This document shows, in pieces, positions 16,347 through 20,000 of a stretch of 20,000 bases of DNA. Position 1 is the first letter of the stretch. Each line of letters opens with the position of its first letter. The notes beneath the pieces are model-generated. The model was given only the letters and a program-made list of their open reading frames with translations. It did not search any database and was not told the origin of the DNA. Position numbers and translations under genes: made by a program. This stretch comes from an uncultured virus (IMG/VR IMGVR_UViG_3300006802_000088). Taxonomy: Duplodnaviria; Heunggongvirae; Uroviricota; Caudoviricetes. The stretch lies in IMG/VR virus record IMGVR_UViG_3300006802_000088. One strand, written 5' to 3'.

Positions 16347-16680
16347 CGAACAAAACAACACAGAAAACAAAGACTCAAATTTGATTTCCGCAATGAATCA
16401 CGTTGCAGAAAATACTTCTATGTCCGTTTCTCCAATGCAAAAATCCGACGATGCACCAGCCGACAAGCAAGTCCTTATTCGCGCAACCGAACACGACCGA
16501 GATAGGTGGAAAAACGCATCCAATAAAGTCGGGGTTACTCTTTCCTCGTGGATTAGAGATGTCCTTAATAAAGAGGCCGCAAGCGTTCTGGACTGCCCAC
16601 ACCCTAGTCACCAGGTGAGATATTACCCATGGGCAACAATATGCCTAGAGTGTGGACAAAGATTTCCTGTTGTCCAATAG
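16339..16680 (+). CDS. ribbon-helix-helix-like DNA-binding protein with C-terminal Zn ribbon
   Basis: 'KQVLIRATEHDRDRWKNASNKVGVTLSSWIRDVLNKEA' (strand-helix-helix) plus 'CPHP...CLECG'. ATG 16339 has GAGG upstream. Confidence 0.65.
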   Translation: MNNEQNNTENKDSNLISAMNHVAENTSMSVSPMQKSDDAPADKQVLIRATEHDRDRWKNASNKVGVTLSSWIRDVLNKEAASVLDCPHPSHQVRYYPWATICLECGQRFPVVQ

Positions 16681-16702
16681 ATAATTAATAAACCTTGTTA
16701 TA

Positions 16703-16730
16703 TCGACTTCAGGTCGACAGAGCATACAAT
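16703..16730 (+). promoter_or_regulatory. putative promoter: palindrome TCGAC-N5-GTCGA plus -10 TACAAT
   Basis: Inverted repeat 16703-16717 and TACAAT 16725-16730 in the 62-nt gap before ATG 16743. Confidence 0.45.
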
Positions 16731-16742
16731 GGATATACCACT

Positions 16743-19700
16743 ATGTTCGAACCAATTATTATAAAGCTTGACTACTCGCCACGAGACGAAAGACATAGCA
16801 AGCAGATAAAAAGCGTGGCATCTAGACTCGGTAAAAGAATTGGTAGAGGCCTGGTGGGCAGGCCAAATATTGGTAGAAACAGAAGAACGATTGGTTCTGG
16901 AAGAATTGACATACCCACTGGTGGTGTGCGCGGATACAAGAGACCAACAGGAAATCGTCGCGACATTGACAGAGATGGCTGGGCAGACGAAGGCACAACT
17001 AACCCTGTATGGGTCGGGCTGAGCGGTGGGCGAGATAGACCAATTATTGAAACCCAAAGAGCTAGACCAAAAATAAATTTAAATAATCAAAAAATAAATG
17101 AAAGAAAAAAAATTCGTCAAAAAATTAAATATGGCGAAAGTTCTTTGGATGGCAAATTAATTAGTAAAAAAAACGGCCCCAAATGGTTGGATGGATTAAG
17201 CAATGAGCAGATTTCAAACATCCTCGTCCCCGACTCGTATCAGACTTATTCTCAAATGCTGGCCGATGGATTCGGTGTCGACAAAGAGACTATAGAAAAA
17301 TATCTTAAATCTAGATGGGGGGTTGGAAAACCTTGGTTGGAAATTGATTACTCGGAAAGTTCAACTAAGCAATTAAAACAAGCACTCAAAACTGCTCTTG
17401 ACGAATCGCCTATTTTTTCTTGGGCCGTAAGAAATTACGGCTCACCAACATATACGGTAATGACCAGAAAAAGTGCAGAAACATACAACAATCGAGATGC
17501 AGTAAAGCCATTATATGATGCACTCAAAAAAATGTATCCAGATGCACCTGGAGAGCCACAATTTGCCGCAAGCAATCATCTTGATTTTGAAATGGTGACT
17601 TTTAATCCAATCAATGTGATTGATAAAAAATCATGGCAAACAAATGAACCAATTTCAAGCAGCTTTCAAACGTCTAAATTACCATCTAGCTCCGACACCG
17701 TAATAGATAGAAGCATCTCTGGAACTATTTTGCATGAATGGGCTCATTGGTATCACTCCGAGATGCTTTTGGCAAATATTGAAAGTTCTGAAAATAAAAA
17801 ACGGTCGCCTAAATCTTTGATTAATCCTCAAGATTCTGATTTTACCGAAAAAATCAAAATTGCACTTGAGTACAATTCCGATAATGGAAACATGAATCTT
17901 CATTCAACCAAAAAATCACTGGAAGACTCACCAAACGAGCCAAGGACGATTACGTCTTATGGGCACGTGAGCAGAAAAGAAATGTTTGCAGAAGGGATGC
18001 TTGCTTACATGCACCCCAATGAGCAACTGAAACTAAAAGCAATAAATAAAAAATTAAGACAAGATATAGAAACAATCTTGGCCGGAGATAAAGGCGTTGA
18101 TGCGTGGAAAGACAGTAAGGCGAACATAAGAAGAGAAAAAAATATTTTAAGTTCGGGTAGGAAAAATCGTAAGTTAACAAAATTGTCATCAGGTTCAAAA
18201 GCTGAGAAACCCGAAAGACCAACGTACCCAAGACACCCTAGCTATGGTCCATTCCTTGATGACGCTGAAGACGTGTTTGCAGATGTAAAAAACTGGAAAG
18301 AGTTCAAAGAAGTTTACGATAATTTAGAAATAAATTTCTTTGACTACGAAACTACTGGATTGGTTTCTGACGAATTTCGACAATCGTCCGGTAATGGCGC
18401 TCCAGTGCAGTTTGGTGTAACAAAGACCAAAGGCGGCAAGGAGATTGGTCGACTAAATATTTTTATGAACCCGGGAGAAGAGCTTGGGGATTGGTCGAGA
18501 AAAAATCTTAAAAACAAAGACGGAGAACCGCTTACCGACGAATGGCTGTCATCTCAAACATCGATAGCTGATGCGCATAGAAAATTAATTGAATTTGTGG
18601 GTCCTGATGCAATTTTTGGAGTTCAAAATGCAGTATTTGATAAAACGGTACTAGAAGATGCACTGACATCATCAGGCATCGAGTGGAGACCAAAGGGCTG
18701 GGTAGATACGAAAGTTGTATCCGATTTAGTAATTCCTAAATGGACAAAAGAAAATCAAGACGCACCTTGGACTACTGACGGGAAAACTGGTGAAAAAATT
18801 CCGTCAAGTAGCCTAAAGGCTTTGACCGAATATCTCAACATAGACCTCGGGAAAAAACACCATACAGCAGACGCTGATGCGGCAGCCACATCAGTGTTGA
18901 TGTCAAAAATTATTGATAAAGCAATTGAAAAAAATTGGAGCAGCGATATTTTTGATAAAAATTGGCGCGACCAAAAAATCAAAGACAAATTAGAAAACTA
19001 TCAACAAAAAATTATTGATTTTGAACAAGAAAAAAATAATTGGATTTCCGAAACGTCTCCTAAAAAATCCACAGTTCCAAAAGAAGTGGAGAAAAAAGAA
19101 TTTGGTTTTGGCAGACTATCTAGTGGTACCACTTCGTACAGGGGCCGCCACGAATCTCCTGATGCGTCAAGTGGGGCACCCCTACACAACCTGGCTAATG
19201 GCGCCATATATCCAGAAGATATCTATGGTCCAAATGGAGCGAACCTTTATGGGGGCGCATTCCCGGATTTAGCTCAAAAAGCTGTTGCTATTTTTAGAAA
19301 ACTCCGCAATAAACCAGACTCTGAATTGACCATATATAGGGCGGTTCCAAGGGGCAAAAACATTAAAGAAGGCGACTGGGTAACGATTCTCCCCGAATAC
19401 GCAAAAATACATGGAGATAGTTGGTTAAAAGATAACTATGAAATAGTGACCAAGAAAGTAAAAGCAAAAGAATTATTTAATGAAGGTAATTCACTTCTTG
19501 AATTTGGTTATCACTCAAAATTGTCTTCTGGCAAATACGATGGTGCCCCCACATATAAAGGAAAAGTCTGGAAAGATAGAAAAAATGAATTAGATGGCCC
19601 TGTGTGGTCATTTCGGTCTCAGGCCAAACAGTACCCAGACGATGGTCCGCCGGGAATTTCATATTTTAAAGGCGTAGTTGATGATTCAACATGGGTTGAT

Positions 19701-20000
19701 TGCCTGCTTTATAGAGATGATTCAGGCAAAGTTATTGGCATCTTAAATCATTATCCATTTGCTCTTGTAGACCCAGATGACCCACGAATTGTAGAAAGAC
19801 GCGGGAATATCAACATCTTTATTGACCCCAAACATCAAGGTAAAGGTATAGCAACAAAACTTGTAGATGAAGCAGTTTCTCGATATAACGTCGACCTACG
19901 CAGGCAGCGATATAGCGAAGAGGGCGCAAATTTTATAAACAGGTATATACGTAAGCTTCCCGAAAATAGGGATAAATCAAAACTTTCATCTGGAAGCCAA
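16743..20000 (+). CDS. large polyvalent protein/polyprotein, 3'-truncated: basic leader - zincin metallopeptidase - DEDDh 3'-5' exonuclease - ART-like domain - GNAT acetyltransferase
   Basis: Hand translation from ATG 16743 shows no stop up to 20000 (1086 codons). HEWAH 17733-17747 with SY...EMFAE 17955-17993. DYETTG 18342-18359, QNAVFD 18624-18641, HTADAD 18861-18878. IYRAVP...GDWVT 19332-19385. FIDPKHQGKGIA 19818-19853. Confidence 0.9.
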   Translation, partial: MFEPIIIKLDYSPRDERHSKQIKSVASRLGKRIGRGLVGRPNIGRNRRTIGSGRIDIPTGGVRGYKRPTGNRRDIDRDGWADEGTTNPVWVGLSGGRDRPIIETQRARPKINLNNQKINERKKIRQKIKYGESSLDGKLISKKNGPKWLDGLSNEQISNILVPDSYQTYSQMLADGFGVDKETIEKYLKSRWGVGKPWLEIDYSESSTKQLKQALKTALDESPIFSWAVRNYGSPTYTVMTRKSAETYNNRDAVKPLYDALKKMYPDAPGEPQFAASNHLDFEMVTFNPINVIDKKSWQTNEPISSSFQTSKLPSSSDTVIDRSISGTILHEWAHWYHSEMLLANIESSENKKRSPKSLINPQDSDFTEKIKIALEYNSDNGNMNLHSTKKSLEDSPNEPRTITSYGHVSRKEMFAEGMLAYMHPNEQLKLKAINKKLRQDIETILAGDKGVDAWKDSKANIRREKNILSSGRKNRKLTKLSSGSKAEKPERPTYPRHPSYGPFLDDAEDVFADVKNWKEFKEVYDNLEINFFDYETTGLVSDEFRQSSGNGAPVQFGVTKTKGGKEIGRLNIFMNPGEELGDWSRKNLKNKDGEPLTDEWLSSQTSIADAHRKLIEFVGPDAIFGVQNAVFDKTVLEDALTSSGIEWRPKGWVDTKVVSDLVIPKWTKENQDAPWTTDGKTGEKIPSSSLKALTEYLNIDLGKKHHTADADAAATSVLMSKIIDKAIEKNWSSDIFDKNWRDQKIKDKLENYQQKIIDFEQEKNNWISETSPKKSTVPKEVEKKEFGFGRLSSGTTSYRGRHESPDASSGAPLHNLANGAIYPEDIYGPNGANLYGGAFPDLAQKAVAIFRKLRNKPDSELTIYRAVPRGKNIKEGDWVTILPEYAKIHGDSWLKDNYEIVTKKVKAKELFNEGNSLLEFGYHSKLSSGKYDGAPTYKGKVWKDRKNELDGPVWSFRSQAKQYPDDGPPGISYFKGVVDDSTWVDCLLYRDDSGKVIGILNHYPFALVDPDDPRIVERRGNINIFIDPKHQGKGIATKLVDEAVSRYNVDLRRQRYSEEGANFINRYIRKLPENRDKSKLSSGSQ
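18144..19994 (+). repeat. dispersed peptide repeat [K/R/I]-L-S-S-G, five copies at domain boundaries
   Basis: ILSSG 18144-18158, KLSSG 18180-18194, RLSSG 19113-19127, KLSSG 19518-19532, KLSSG 19980-19994. Confidence 0.9.

Noticed and set aside
16698..19662. Short ORFs in the track (16698-17057, 16772-16996, 16840-17022, 17679-17903, 17950-18231, 18755-18988, 19001-19207, 19015-19272, 19477-19662) and the apparent coding desert
   Set aside because: All are shadows of the single long + strand frame from 16743, which carries recognisable enzyme motifs.
1..20000. CRISPR array, integrase/att site, rRNA, IS element
   Set aside because: No regularly spaced direct repeats, recombinase or transposase motifs, or rRNA-like sequence were seen by eye.

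Overview
This is a 20 kb segment of a large tailed dsDNA phage genome (HK97-fold capsid). The host is most likely an actinobacterium, judged from WhiB, an actinobacterial-type ferredoxin and leaderless-style promoters. The left block (+) holds putative head-associated proteins, the major capsid protein with its terminator, a thermonuclease, a membrane/lipoprotein cluster, a HiPIP-like Cys protein and a ferredoxin. The middle block (-) holds class II ribonucleotide reductase (nrdJ), two tandem HNH endonucleases, tRNA-Arg(UCU), a small conserved protein and a clavaminate-synthase-like Fe/2OG dioxygenase. The right block (+) holds WhiB, a primase-helicase, a terminase-small-subunit-like HTH protein and an RHH protein. 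It ends in an ORF of at least 1086 codons (16743 to beyond 20000) that is missing from the supplied ORF track because it has no stop in the window. Hand translation shows this ORF is a chain of unrelated enzyme domains: zincin metallopeptidase, DEDDh exonuclease, ADP-ribosyltransferase-like and GNAT. Each domain is followed by the same peptide [K/R/I]-L-S-S-G, encoded by different codons each time. This is the main candidate for an undescribed system: a phage effector polyprotein with a conserved processing or linker signal. All family assignments come from motif recognition by eye; no searches were run.
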